A stretch of 64,000 bases of DNA. Origin: an uncultured Gammaproteobacteria bacterium (GTDB lineage Bacteria; Pseudomonadota; Gammaproteobacteria; UBA9214). Numbering within the stretch: position 1 is the first letter of the stretch; every line of letters starts with the position of its first letter. The notes under the pieces were generated by a model that saw only the letters and a list, made by a program, of their open reading frames with translations, was not told where the DNA came from and made no database searches. The stretch lies in NCBI GenBank assembly GCA_963773065.1, contig CAVYZN010000019.1:20894-84893 (forward strand), given 5' to 3'. The translations under genes were made by a program, and so were the position numbers. This document shows positions 10,965-21,113 of the stretch, in pieces.

Positions 10965-12675
10965 GCGGATCTCCCAACTGCGCGAGCGGGTCGGCGCCTG
11001 GATCGCCCGCGCGCAGGCCATGGCCTGGCTCGGCGAGACGGAACTCAAGGCGCTGCAGCAGGTGGAACAGCGCACGCCGGCCGACCTGTTCACCCGGGCG
11101 CAGCCTGCCCGCCCCCTGGTCGTCGCCTTTTTCGGCGGCACCGGCGTGGGCAAGAGCAGCCTGCTCAACCGCCTCGCCGGACAAGCCATCGCCCGCGTCG
11201 GCGTGGAGCGCCCGACATCCCACGAGGTCACGGTCTATGTGCACGCGGCGGTGGAACTGGCCACCCTGGCGGAACACTTCTCCGTGAACCAGGTGCGCAT
11301 CGCGCGGCATGCCGATGCGTCGCGGCGCGATGTCCTGTGGATCGACATGCCGGATATCGACAGCACCGAACAGCGCAACCGGGAACTGGCGTTTGCCTGG
11401 CTCCCCCATGTCGACCTGCTGATCTACGTGGTCAGCCCCGAACGCTACCGCGACGACATCGGCTGGCGGGTATTGCACCGGCGCGGCCACCGCCATGGCT
11501 GGATGTTCGTCATGAATCACTGGGACGAGGGCGCGACCGAACAGCAGGCGGATCTGCTCGCGATACTGCACGAGGCCGGTTTTGCCGACCCGCTGGTGCT
11601 GCACACCTGTTGCGGCGGCGGAACGTGCCCGGATGACCAGTTCAACGAGTTGGAGGCCGCAATCCGGACCGTTCAGGCTCAGCATGGCCAGCAGGAACTC
11701 GAGCGGCTCGGACACCGTGCCCATTTGCAGGACGTGGCCGCGGTTCTGGAGGCGGCGCTGCGACGCCTCGGGGAGACGGCTGACTGGCGGGACATAGGGA
11801 GCGGTTTTCTGCGGGACTGGTCGCACGCGGCGGCGGCGATCGCGGACGGCATGATCTGGCCCATCCAGGAGATCGCCGCGGAATTCGCCAGCCGCGACGC
11901 CAGTCTGCTCACGCGCTTGCTGGGGGAACGCCATGACACGGCGGCAGCGGGAACGGAACGCTCGCGGGAAGCGCCGCCCGCGCCGCGCACGGCCAGGGAA
12001 CGTGAGGCGGCAACCGCGCTCTGGGACCCCTGGGCGCAGGGCAAGCTGACCGAGGTCTGCGATACCCTGGAGATCGCCCTGCGGCGCAACGGGGTGGCCC
12101 CGCAACCGCTGCTCGCACGCCTGCAGCCGGTGACCGGCACCGCCAGTCAAACGGTTAATGAGGAACTGCAACAGTCATTGCGCCAGGGACTGGCACGTCC
12201 CGGCATGCCGTGGCAACGCGCCCTGCGCCGCATCACGGGCGCGGCGCTCAGTCTGCTGCCCATCGCGGCCCTGCTGTGGGTGTCATACCGGGTGATCACC
12301 GGTTTCCTGCAAGGCGCCGCCGGGCAGGCGGCCTATCTTGGCGCCGACTTCGCCATCAACAGCCTCCTGCTGGTGCTGGTCGCCTGGCTCCTGCCCTTAT
12401 TGCTGCACCGCCGCCTCAAGCCCTCCACGGAAGCGACGGTGATACGCGCGCTGCGCACGGGTCTCGGAGTGGGGCTGGAGGAACTCAACGTGAGGGCGGA
12501 GGCGGCGTTCGCGGCGACCAGCGCGGAACGCGGCGCGTTGCTGGTTGAGGCAAACAGGCTCCGCGATGATTTGGGTCGGTACAGCGGCGCGCCGCATCCC
12601 GCCCCCAGCGCGGCGGTCGCACGCCTGCTGGCGGTGCCGGATCACCCCGGATCTGCCAAACCGCGATCCATGTGA
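10957..12675 (+). CDS. Dynamin-like/MMR_HSR1-type GTPase B with two TM helices
   Basis: G1 GGTGVGKS, RPTS, G3 DMPD, G4 MNHWD; helical stalk; TM hairpin near C-terminus; overlaps the upstream stop. Confidence 0.8.
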   Translation: MTERISQLRERVGAWIARAQAMAWLGETELKALQQVEQRTPADLFTRAQPARPLVVAFFGGTGVGKSSLLNRLAGQAIARVGVERPTSHEVTVYVHAAVELATLAEHFSVNQVRIARHADASRRDVLWIDMPDIDSTEQRNRELAFAWLPHVDLLIYVVSPERYRDDIGWRVLHRRGHRHGWMFVMNHWDEGATEQQADLLAILHEAGFADPLVLHTCCGGGTCPDDQFNELEAAIRTVQAQHGQQELERLGHRAHLQDVAAVLEAALRRLGETADWRDIGSGFLRDWSHAAAAIADGMIWPIQEIAAEFASRDASLLTRLLGERHDTAAAGTERSREAPPAPRTAREREAATALWDPWAQGKLTEVCDTLEIALRRNGVAPQPLLARLQPVTGTASQTVNEELQQSLRQGLARPGMPWQRALRRITGAALSLLPIAALLWVSYRVITGFLQGAAGQAAYLGADFAINSLLLVLVAWLLPLLLHRRLKPSTEATVIRALRTGLGVGLEELNVRAEAAFAATSAERGALLVEANRLRDDLGRYSGAPHPAPSAAVARLLAVPDHPGSAKPRSM

Positions 12676-12752
12676 ATGGGATGCGGGTAGCGCGACACCT
12701 TGCACCCGGCTTCTTTTCACATGCGGAAAAATGTACTCTGGACCCGTTCATC

Positions 12753-13469
12753 ATGCGCCCTAATCGAATAACACCGAAGATCCTGCCAGTCGCACTCGTC
12801 GCGTGCTGCATCGGCCTGGCCCTGGTTCTCATGCCGATCTGGGCGCAGGAGCAAAGCGTCAATCCCGGCATCAACCGTAATTACGAGAACCCCGACTGGG
12901 CGCAGTGGGTTGCCGCCTTCGAGAATGAAGGCCGCGAAGTCTACGCGCGGCGTCAGGCCATCGTCGACGCCACCGGTGTCCGTCCGGGCATGGCTGTGGC
13001 GGATATCGGCGCCGGCACCGGCCTGTTCACGCGGCTGTTTGCCGCCCGTGTGGCGCCCGCCGGCAAGGTCTATGCCGTGGACATTTCGGCCACCTTTATC
13101 GAGAACATCCTGCGCACCTGCCGCGAACAGGGACTCGGCAATGTGGAAGGCATCGTCAACACATCCCGGGACGTCACCCTGCCGGATGCCTCAATCGACC
13201 TGGCTTTCATCACCGACACCTACCACCACTTCGAGTATCCCGCGAGTATGCTGGCCTCCATCCGCCGCGCGCTGCGCACGGACGGCGAGCTGGTCATCAT
13301 CGATTTCCGGCGTGACCCCCGTGTCAGTCCGCCATGGATCATGGGCCATGTGCGCGCCGGCAAAGACACCGTGATCCGGGAGGTGCAGGCGGCCGGCTAC
13401 GATTTCGTGGAAGAGAAACCCGTGCTGCGCAGCAATTACTTTCTGGTGTTTAAAAAGACTGGTCAGTGA
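12753..13469 (+). CDS. Class I SAM-dependent methyltransferase with N-terminal signal peptide
   Basis: VADIGAGTG, VYAVDI, DTYHHFEYP; hydrophobic N-terminus ending IWA-QEQ. Confidence 0.85.
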   Translation: MRPNRITPKILPVALVACCIGLALVLMPIWAQEQSVNPGINRNYENPDWAQWVAAFENEGREVYARRQAIVDATGVRPGMAVADIGAGTGLFTRLFAARVAPAGKVYAVDISATFIENILRTCREQGLGNVEGIVNTSRDVTLPDASIDLAFITDTYHHFEYPASMLASIRRALRTDGELVIIDFRRDPRVSPPWIMGHVRAGKDTVIREVQAAGYDFVEEKPVLRSNYFLVFKKTGQ

Positions 13470-13586
13470 ACCGCCCTGAACCTTCGACCGTTAAATGAAA
13501 AACTATCAGACAACTACTTACATTACATATCACGGAAGACCGATTAAGTCATACGGCCTGAGCCCGCCTCTGGAGCGACACGACGC

Positions 13587-13964
13587 ATGAACGCTATCGA
13601 ACAGAAAAACGTATTGGGAGAACCGCTGGAAACCTGTTCACTGCGACCGCTGACCGGCTATACCCGCACCGGCTCCTGCGAAACCGGGCCACGGGATCCG
13701 GGCGTGCACACCGTGTGCGCCAATGTGACGCAGGCCTTTCTGGATTACAGCCGGACTCATGGCAATGATCTGGTCACGCCCATGCCGGAATTCGGGTTTC
13801 CCGGCCTCAAGCCCGGTGACCGCTGGTGCCTGTGCACGGCGCGCTGGAAAGAGGCATTTGCGGCCGGTTGCGCACCTCATGTCTGCCTGCGCGCCACCCA
13901 CGCGCGGACACTCGAGGTGGTTGCGCTGGCCGATCTGAAGGCGCATGCCATCGACCTGAGCTAA
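13587..13964 (+). CDS. DUF2237-family protein
   Basis: NVLGEPLETC, HTVC, GNDL.TP.PEFGFPGLKPGDRWCLC..RW. Confidence 0.9.
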   Translation: MNAIEQKNVLGEPLETCSLRPLTGYTRTGSCETGPRDPGVHTVCANVTQAFLDYSRTHGNDLVTPMPEFGFPGLKPGDRWCLCTARWKEAFAAGCAPHVCLRATHARTLEVVALADLKAHAIDLS

Positions 13965-14000
13965 GGCGCGTACCCCGCGCGGCGGAATTGTGATTGGGTG

Positions 14001-14213
14001 ATGGACATCTCGAAATTGGGTTTCTGGGCCATGATTCTCTGCTGGCTGTCGGCGATAGGCGGCATTGCACTGGCCATCCTCTGGGCCGCTTCGAAAAGCC
14101 AGCATCCGGTTGACGACGAATTACTGGTCAAGTCCCTGCAACTGCGCCTGAAGGCCGGCGAGCTCAACCAGGAGGAGTACGAGAAAAAGCTTGCTGACCT
14201 GCATCGGGAATGA
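14001..14213 (+). CDS. Small membrane protein with SHOCT domain
   Basis: One TM helix, then LQLRLKAGELNQEEYEKK. Confidence 0.7.
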   Translation: MDISKLGFWAMILCWLSAIGGIALAILWAASKSQHPVDDELLVKSLQLRLKAGELNQEEYEKKLADLHRE

Positions 14214-14258
14214 CCTCGCCGAGTGGACCCTGCCTCGCAGGGGAAGCTACCGCCGGAA

Positions 14259-14480
14259 TCATTGCAGGTTCCGGCTCCGCAGGGCAGTGTAGGTGGCATG
14301 GCTGGGGAAGATCCGGCACTGCAACCCGAGTACCAGCGTATTGATCTGCCAGAATTCCGGAAACAGCACCCAGTCAGCCGACCGGAGCAACGGCAGATGC
14401 CGGAGAAAAAGTTCCGGCTTGATGTAGGTGGCGCCGGGCAGTTTCAGCGTGCGCAGCGCATCGAAAGTAACCAGTTTCAT
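14259..14480 (-). pseudogene. N-terminal fragment of a RimK-like ATP-grasp family protein
   Basis: MKLVTFDALRT..PGATYIKPE..ADWVLFPEFWQIN..RIFPS then abrupt end. Confidence 0.55.
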
Positions 14481-14665
14481 ACCCAAAACAACGGTTGCCG
14501 GACACGCGCGGATTTTACCCGGCGGTGACGTACACGCGAAGCTACGCCTGCGGTGTGGCTCTCTACCCTTCGGTTTCTCAACAATCGCCGCCGGCAAGGT
14601 TGGTGCGGTTCGGCAGCCTGTGTATAGTTAGCGCCACTGTCAGCACCTACCCAGCGGACTCGATC

Positions 14666-15571
14666 ATGGCAGTTACGCCCCACGCAGCGCCGATAACACC
14701 GCCGCCCTCTCCGCTCAAGGAGATCGGGGTGAACCTCATCGACAATCCGCGCCTGTGGCTGGAGGGTGCGCTGCGCGAGTTGACGGTGGCTCTCAAGACT
14801 TTTCTGCCCCACCTGCTGGAGGCGCTGGCGCTGCTCGTCATCGGCTGGCTGGCGGCTTTCATCGTGCGTTGGCTGGTGCACCGTTTCGGCAAGGGACTGG
14901 ACGTGATCCTGTCCGTCGTCCACCGCTGGCTCGGCCAGGAGGTCACCCGCGCGCGCTGGTCGGTCTCGAACCTGGTCGGCAACGTCGCCTTCTGGATAAC
15001 GCTCACCTACGCCGTGAGCGCCGCCGCGGAGCAGCTCGGCCTCATCACCTTCGCCAACTGGGTGCTGGGACTGCTGGGTTACCTGCCGAAGGTGCTGATC
15101 AGCGCCTTCATCCTGTTCATCGGCTACCTGATCAGCAGCGGCATACGCAACATGATCGTGGCGGTCGCCGACTCCAGCGGTTTTCAGCATGGACTCTCGC
15201 TCGGTCACCTGGTGGCGGGGCTTATCCTCGCCTTCGCGCTGCTGCTCGGGCTGAATCAGCTCGGGCTCGATGTGAGCCTGTTCGCCAACATCATCATTCT
15301 GGCGGCGGCGGCGCTCTTCGGCAGCGCCGCGATTGCCTTCGGCATCGGCGCCGCGGATGCGGTGCGTAACGTCATGGCATCGCACTATGTGCGCAAGGTC
15401 TATCGACCCGGACTGCGGGTGCGCGTGCAGGGGCTGGAGGGCGAGATTCTGGAGATGACCCAGGTGGCGGTGATGGTGGAGACCGCGGAGGGAGAGGCAT
15501 GGATCCCGGCGCGCGCCTTTCTGGAAACCGTGTCATTGATCATCGAGGAACAGGAACCCGGCCGTGCTTGA
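14666..15571 (+). CDS. MscS/CmpX-like mechanosensitive channel family protein
   Basis: Repeated TM helices (YLPKVLISAFIL), AIAFGIG..DAVRNVMA, C-terminal beta domain GLEGEILE. Confidence 0.8.
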   Translation: MAVTPHAAPITPPPSPLKEIGVNLIDNPRLWLEGALRELTVALKTFLPHLLEALALLVIGWLAAFIVRWLVHRFGKGLDVILSVVHRWLGQEVTRARWSVSNLVGNVAFWITLTYAVSAAAEQLGLITFANWVLGLLGYLPKVLISAFILFIGYLISSGIRNMIVAVADSSGFQHGLSLGHLVAGLILAFALLLGLNQLGLDVSLFANIIILAAAALFGSAAIAFGIGAADAVRNVMASHYVRKVYRPGLRVRVQGLEGEILEMTQVAVMVETAEGEAWIPARAFLETVSLIIEEQEPGRA

Positions 15572-16397
15572 CGCGCTCACCAAAGGTTACCTCACCCTGC
15601 ACCCGGCCGCCGCGGCCCGCACCCTGGCGCGCCTCGATGGCCGCGACCTCAAGGCCATCTTCCAGGCCATGCCGCGCCCACTGGCGGCCAGCGTGCTGGT
15701 ACACATGACGCCGGTTGCGTCCGCCCGCTGCCTCGGCCAACTGCAGACCAAGGCGGCGGCCGAGATACTCGGGCGCATTCCGTCGCTGTCGGCCGTGGCG
15801 GTGCTGCGCCTGATGAACGCCGAGCAGGTAAAAGGCCTGTTCTCGGCCATGCCGCGTCCGGCCGCGGCCCGGCTGCGCCTGCGCCTGCGCTACCCGGAAA
15901 CGATGATCGGTTCTTACGTCGATGCGGATGCGCTGACCCTCAACCTGGACCAGCGCGTGGGCGACGCGCTGCGTCTGGTGCGCCGCGTCGGGCAGCGCAC
16001 GGGACACACGCTTTGCGTGCTGGACGAACAACGCCGTCTGGCGGGCGTGGTTGACCTGCGCGACCTGCTCGGCGAGCGCGACCGCAGCAAGATCCAGCGG
16101 GTGCTGCGCCCGGCGCCCGTGGTGCTGAACGCACGCGCCGCGCTGCAGACGGTCGCCAACCATCCCGCCTGGTTGACCCACGACAGCCTGCCGGTGGTCA
16201 ACCGTGAGGGCCTGTACCAGGGTGTGCTGGCGCGCGCGAAGGTGATGACGGAAGAACAGCATCTGCTCACCGAGGTGGCGGAGCGCAACGAGCTTTCCGC
16301 CACCCGCACCGCGCTGGCGGACATCTTCTGGCTGGGCGTGGCGGCGCTGTTCACCGGCAACCCCGGCGCGAGCGCACACCACAAGACGGAAGACTGA
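15564..16397 (+). CDS. Soluble MgtE N-terminal + CBS-pair protein
   Basis: Helical MgtE_N-like repeats, YPETMIGSY linker, CBS motifs VLDEQRRLAGVV and LPVVNREG. Confidence 0.75.
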   Translation: MLDALTKGYLTLHPAAAARTLARLDGRDLKAIFQAMPRPLAASVLVHMTPVASARCLGQLQTKAAAEILGRIPSLSAVAVLRLMNAEQVKGLFSAMPRPAAARLRLRLRYPETMIGSYVDADALTLNLDQRVGDALRLVRRVGQRTGHTLCVLDEQRRLAGVVDLRDLLGERDRSKIQRVLRPAPVVLNARAALQTVANHPAWLTHDSLPVVNREGLYQGVLARAKVMTEEQHLLTEVAERNELSATRTALADIFWLGVAALFTGNPGASAHHKTED

Positions 16398-16398
16398 C

Positions 16399-17706
16399 AT
16401 GAAACCGGGGATCGACAACGCCATCCATGTCCTGCAACGGGACCTCATCGAAGACCACCCGGACGACGCCGTGCAGTTGCTGGAACGACTGCCGCCCGCG
16501 GACATCGCGGACGTCCTGTCCAGGCACCCCATCACGGTGACCGCGCGTGTCTGGGAACGGCTGTCCCCGGATGTCGGCTGGCGCGCCATCGATACCCTGG
16601 CGGAAGCCCGGGCGACGGAGGTGCTGCGCCACATGGGTACTCCCCGTGCGGCGGCGCTCCTCTCCATGGGTGATCCGCAGTCCCGCGAGACGCATCTGGC
16701 AAGGCTGCCGGCGGCGACCGCGGAGGAGCTGCGCGCCATTCTTTCCTATCCGGCCGACAGCGCGGGCGCCCTGATGGACCCGCGGGTGCTGCTGCTGCGC
16801 CCCGACACCACGGTGAATGAAGCCCTCGCCCGCATCCGCGCGCTGCGCCGGCGCGGCGTGCGCATGCTCTTCGTGGTGAACGCCGACAATCGTCTCGAGG
16901 GAGAGGTGGACATCCAGGACATCGCGACCGCGAGCACGACGACGCGGCTCGATGAGATCCAGCGCCCGGTGCGGGCGGTGGTCGGCGCGGTGGCGCCGCG
17001 CGAGGAGGTGGTGGATATCCTGGAGCGCTACCGCCTCACCGACCTGCCGGTGGTGGACACAGAAGAGCGCCTTATCGGCGTGGTCCGCTACCGCAACCTC
17101 ATGGCCGCCGCCGAGGACGAGGCCACCGTGGCCATGCAAACGATGGTGGGCGTCAGCAAAGACGAACGCGCCCTGTCGAAGGTGTCCTTTGCCGTGCGCA
17201 AACGCCTCCCGTGGCTGCAAATAAACCTGGCCACCGCCTTCCTGGCCGCCTCCGTCGTCGGGCTGTTCGAGGGCACCATCGCCAAATACACCGCGCTGGC
17301 GGTGCTCATGCCGGTCGTGGCCGGACAATCCGGGAACACCGGCGCCCAGGCGCTCGCCGTCACCATGCGCGGCCTGGCGCTGCGCGAGATCCGCGTCCAG
17401 CACTGGCCGCGGGTCATCTTCAAGGAAATGTCCACCGGTTTCTTGAATGGCATCGCCGTCGCCGCCACCACCGCGCTCGGGGTCTGGGTGTGGAGCGGGT
17501 CCCCCGGCCTGGCGGGGATCATCGGCGTCTCCATGATCCTCTCCATGGTCATCGCCGGCATCTTCGGCGCGGCCATCCCGCTGCTGATGACGGCAATCGG
17601 CCAGGACCCCGCCCAATCCTCGACCATCGTGCTGACCACGGTGACCGACGTGACCGGGTTCTTCAGTTTCCTCGGCATCGCCACACTGTTCTCGGGCCTG
17701 CTGTAA
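16399..17706 (+). CDS. mgtE: Magnesium transporter MgtE
   Basis: MgtE_N, CBS pair, KRLPWL, GQSGNTGAQ, DPA, TTVTDVTGF. Confidence 0.92.
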   Translation: MKPGIDNAIHVLQRDLIEDHPDDAVQLLERLPPADIADVLSRHPITVTARVWERLSPDVGWRAIDTLAEARATEVLRHMGTPRAAALLSMGDPQSRETHLARLPAATAEELRAILSYPADSAGALMDPRVLLLRPDTTVNEALARIRALRRRGVRMLFVVNADNRLEGEVDIQDIATASTTTRLDEIQRPVRAVVGAVAPREEVVDILERYRLTDLPVVDTEERLIGVVRYRNLMAAAEDEATVAMQTMVGVSKDERALSKVSFAVRKRLPWLQINLATAFLAASVVGLFEGTIAKYTALAVLMPVVAGQSGNTGAQALAVTMRGLALREIRVQHWPRVIFKEMSTGFLNGIAVAATTALGVWVWSGSPGLAGIIGVSMILSMVIAGIFGAAIPLLMTAIGQDPAQSSTIVLTTVTDVTGFFSFLGIATLFSGLL

Positions 17707-17796
17707 CGCACGCGGCGGTTCGCGGTGAGGGCGCAGTGGATTCCCGCGGAATGGGTGGGTTATGCTTTCCCAGTCAGCTCCAGGAGTCTGCGGGCC

Positions 17797-18087
17797 ATGC
17801 GATTGTCAGTGACGGAACGGCGCGAAATCCGCGCAGCGGCGTCGAAATATTTCGGCGCCGAGGTATATCTTTTCGGCTCGCGCCTGGATGACACCCGCCG
17901 CGGTGGCGATATCGACCTTTATATCGAAACATCGCTCGACGACGGCAGCGCCGCACGCGCGAAGATCGCCATGCTGGGGTATCTCTATCATCGCATCGGC
18001 GAGCGCAAGATCGACATCGTCGTCAATAACGGACGCGGCGATTTGCCCATCTACCGACTCGCCCGGCAAAGCGGGGAACGCCTGTGA
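17797..18087 (+). CDS. Minimal nucleotidyltransferase (MNT) antitoxin
   Basis: YLFGSRLDD..GGDIDL, KIDIV. Confidence 0.85.
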   Translation: MRLSVTERREIRAAASKYFGAEVYLFGSRLDDTRRGGDIDLYIETSLDDGSAARAKIAMLGYLYHRIGERKIDIVVNNGRGDLPIYRLARQSGERL

Positions 18088-18532
18088 CGCCGAAGCTGCG
18101 TGCGGTGATCGAGGAATGTGGCCGGCATGTGCGTTACATGAACTACGCCCGGTCGCGACTGCCGCGCTCGGTAAGCGAAGCGCACTTCGCCGATTCCCGT
18201 GACGAGTTTATCGCGGCGCTGGATCAGTTCGCGTTCCGGTTATCCGGTTTCAGGATGCGCTGGGATGGGGAGCGCTGCGGCTCGTGCTCGTCGAGGTGTT
18301 TCGCGAGCCATTGGAAGATGCGCCGTTCCGCGATGTCCTTGACCGGCTGGAGAAACTCGGCGTGAATCCAGACGCCCAACGATGGGAGGAGAGCCGGGCC
18401 ATCCGCAACATGTTTACCCATGACTACCCCGAGACACCGGCCGCCAAGGCGGCGTCCCTCAATGCGGCCCTGGACATGGCGGACGAGCTGGAACGGATCT
18501 ATCTGAGCATCAAGGCGAGAAGTGACGGCTGA
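18084..18532 (+). CDS. HEPN-domain toxin partner of MNT (frameshift near 18250)
   Basis: LDQFAFR..FQD.LG, FRDVLDRLEKLG, R-X4-H-X-Y motif RNMFTHDY; start overlaps the MNT stop. Confidence 0.75.
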
Positions 18533-18589
18533 ATCCTGGGGACAGCGTCGCGTTCGCGACCAAGGCCGCTCCGGAAAAATTCCCGATTT

Positions 18590-18715
18590 TCCGTGCTGAC
18601 CTCAAGGAGGCGACCTGAGGTGAGTGACGGCGACAACATCGCCCGGAGCGACTGCGGCCGGCGAGCCTCCAGGGACGGATTTACGGCGAGTCCCGCTCGA
18701 CCCCTCCTGCCCTGT
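18590..18715. repeat. REP/REPIN-like extragenic element
   Basis: CCTCCAGGGACGGATTTACGGCGAGTCCC resembles gammaproteobacterial REP-associated repeats; lies between convergent genes; single copy in window. Confidence 0.4.
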
Positions 18716-18716
18716 G

Positions 18717-20492
18717 TCAGAACCTCCAGACGAAGGGCACGATGGCGAGCGTCACCGCGGCCATCAGCAGGTTGAGCGGTATCCCCACCCTGAAGTAGTC
18801 GGTGAAGCGGTAACCGCCGGGGCCGTACACCATCAGATTGCACTGGTAGCCGATGGGCGTGGAGAAGCTCGCCGAGGCGGCCATCATGATCGCGATGGCG
18901 AACGGCATGAAACTCACGCCGAGGCTCTCGCTGGTCGAGAGCGCGATGGGGAACATCAGCACGGCGGCGGCGTTGTTGGTGATGAGCTCGGTGAACAGCA
19001 TGGTCACTAGGTAGACGACGGCGAGCGTGCCCCACGGGCCGCCCTGCGCCAGCGCGATCAGGTTCTCCGCGATGAACTGCGCCGCGCCGGTCTTCTCCAG
19101 GGCGAAACCCAGGCCGAAAGAGGCGGCGATGGCGATGAGCACCTGCCAGTCCACCGCGGCCCGGGCCGCCCCGCCGCTGATGCACCGGGTCGCCAGCATG
19201 AGTCCGGCCGCCACCAGCGCGCCCTGCAGCATCGAGACCCATGAGGCGCTTACCGCAACGACCATCCCCGCCAGGATCACCAGGGCCGCCAGGGCCCGGT
19301 CATGGCGCAGCGGGTGGGCGTTCTCCAGACGGCTCACCAGGTAGAAGTCCCGCGAGTTGCGCTGGCGCTCGACGAACGAGGGATCGGCCTCGAGCAGCAG
19401 CGTGTCGCCCGGGCGCAGCACGATGTCCCCGATCTTCTTCTGCAAGCGTTCGCCGTTGCGTGCCACCGCGATGACAGCGGCATTGTAAATATTGCGAAAG
19501 CGACCCTCGCGGATGCTCTTGCCGACCAGGGGTCCGCTGTCGGAGACCACGGCCTCGACGAGTGATCTTTCCGGGCGCGGGAGTCCCAGCTTGAACACCT
19601 GATCGGTGGCCGGCACCAGCCCGCGGAACCGCTGCAGATCCACCACGGAATCGAGGATGCCGGCGAACACCAGCCGGTCGTTGGCCTTCAGCCGGTGATG
19701 CGGGGCGATGGCGGGGAACACATCGCCGTCGCGTTCGATCTCCACCAGATACATGCCCGGGAGGTGGCGCAGCCCTGCCTCCTCGACGCTCTTGCCTACC
19801 AGGGGACTGGCCGGCTGCACCAGCATCTCGACCGTATAGCGGCGCGGGTCGTCCTGGGGATCCATCACCGGGCGGCGGTCCGGCAGCAGCCAGCGTCCGA
19901 GCAGCACGATGTAGGCGATGCCGATGAGCGCAGACGGCAGGCCCACCCAGGTGATGTCGAACATGCCGAGCCCCGGGAGATTGGTGCGGCTGAGCAGCAG
20001 GCCGTTGACGACCAGGTTGGTGCTGGTCCCGATGAGCGTGCAGGTGCCGCCGAGGATCGCGGCATAGCTTAAGGGGATGAGGAGCTTCGACACCGGCAGG
20101 CGGTTCTGGCGCGCCCAGTCGATCACGGCAGGCAGGAACATGGCCACCACCGGGGTGTTGTTCAGAAAACCGCTCACCGCCGCCACCGGGGCCATGAGCC
20201 GCAGTTGGGCGTGCAACAGATTCCGGGGCCGGCCGAGCACCCACTGGACCAGCCAGGCGACGGCGCCGGTCTCCCGCAGGCCGGCGGCGATCACGTACAG
20301 CACGGCGACCGTCACCATGCCCTCGTTGGATAAGCCCGCGAGGGCCTCCTGGGGGGAGATCACCCCGGTGATGAGCAGCAGCGTCACCCCCGCCACCAGC
20401 ACCACATCGGCGGCGAACCGGGTGAACACGAGCAGCCCGATCACCATCGCCACCACGGCCAGAGCGATCCATGCATCCAGGGTCATCAGCAC
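18717..20492 (-). CDS. SLC13-family permease with TrkA-C domains
   Basis: SGFLNNTPVV, GGTCTLIGTSTNLVV, two TrkA-C repeats, TELITNNAAA, TPIGYQCNLMVYGPGGY. Confidence 0.92.
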   Translation of the reverse strand: MLMTLDAWIALAVVAMVIGLLVFTRFAADVVLVAGVTLLLITGVISPQEALAGLSNEGMVTVAVLYVIAAGLRETGAVAWLVQWVLGRPRNLLHAQLRLMAPVAAVSGFLNNTPVVAMFLPAVIDWARQNRLPVSKLLIPLSYAAILGGTCTLIGTSTNLVVNGLLLSRTNLPGLGMFDITWVGLPSALIGIAYIVLLGRWLLPDRRPVMDPQDDPRRYTVEMLVQPASPLVGKSVEEAGLRHLPGMYLVEIERDGDVFPAIAPHHRLKANDRLVFAGILDSVVDLQRFRGLVPATDQVFKLGLPRPERSLVEAVVSDSGPLVGKSIREGRFRNIYNAAVIAVARNGERLQKKIGDIVLRPGDTLLLEADPSFVERQRNSRDFYLVSRLENAHPLRHDRALAALVILAGMVVAVSASWVSMLQGALVAAGLMLATRCISGGAARAAVDWQVLIAIAASFGLGFALEKTGAAQFIAENLIALAQGGPWGTLAVVYLVTMLFTELITNNAAAVLMFPIALSTSESLGVSFMPFAIAIMMAASASFSTPIGYQCNLMVYGPGGYRFTDYFRVGIPLNLLMAAVTLAIVPFVWRF

Positions 20493-20599
20493 ACTCCTCT
20501 ACCGGTACCGGTCCGCCGGGCGGATCGGGCTCAGCCCAGCGGGGCGGCAGTATACGCCGGCGGGTCCGTTCAGGCCATGCGGGACGACGCGCGACGGGA

Positions 20600-20662
20600 G
20601 GAGAGAACCCAACAGCGAGCCCGCTGTTGGGCGCTCCGGTTGAACGGCGGGTTCGGCGTCTC
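20600..20662 (-). other. Partial attC-like site downstream of hicA
   Basis: Minus strand GAGACGCCGAAC-CCGCCGTTCAACCGGAGCGCCCAACAGCG just after the hicA stop; right arm degenerate. Confidence 0.6.
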
Positions 20663-20663
20663 C

Positions 20664-20876
20664 CTAGAGGAGTGCGCGGAACTGCTCGACGGTGAGCCCG
20701 GCATCACGAACCAGACCGCCCATCGTGAATGCGTTGATTGGATTGTGACGCGGGACAGTGAGGATCCGCTGGCCATTGGTCATCACGATATGCTTGCTCT
20801 GGCGGGCAACCCAAAACCCTGCCTTTTCGAAGGCGCGCACTGCATCGAGATGATTGATGCCTGGGATCTTGGGCAA
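20664..20876 (-). CDS. hicA: HicA-family toxin
   Basis: 70 aa; RAFEKAGF..RQSKHIVM..LTVPRH..TMGGLVRDAGLTVEQF. Confidence 0.9.
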   Translation of the reverse strand: MPKIPGINHLDAVRAFEKAGFWVARQSKHIVMTNGQRILTVPRHNPINAFTMGGLVRDAGLTVEQFRALL

Positions 20877-20879
20877 AGG

Positions 20880-21077
20880 CTACACCGTTATCTCGACTTC
20901 CCGAATCCCTTCACCCTTTAGCTGCTCGTCAACCACAGCCAGGTACTCTCGGATCGCATCCCGAATGTTTTCCAGAGCTTCTGCCTCGGTAGCACCCTGA
21001 GACCAACAGCCCGGCAATCCCGGCACGGAGACGCTATAGCCTTCGTCAGATTCGTGAATCGCAATCTTGTACTTCAT
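20880..21077 (-). CDS. hicB: HicB-family antitoxin (short, no DNA-binding domain)
   Basis: YSVSVPGLPGCWSQGATEAEALENIRDAI; RBS GAGGAGG. Confidence 0.92.
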   Translation of the reverse strand: MKYKIAIHESDEGYSVSVPGLPGCWSQGATEAEALENIRDAIREYLAVVDEQLKGEGIREVEITV

Positions 21078-21113
21078 GGGTACCTCCTCTGGCAGTATAG
21101 CTCGCCCACCCGC

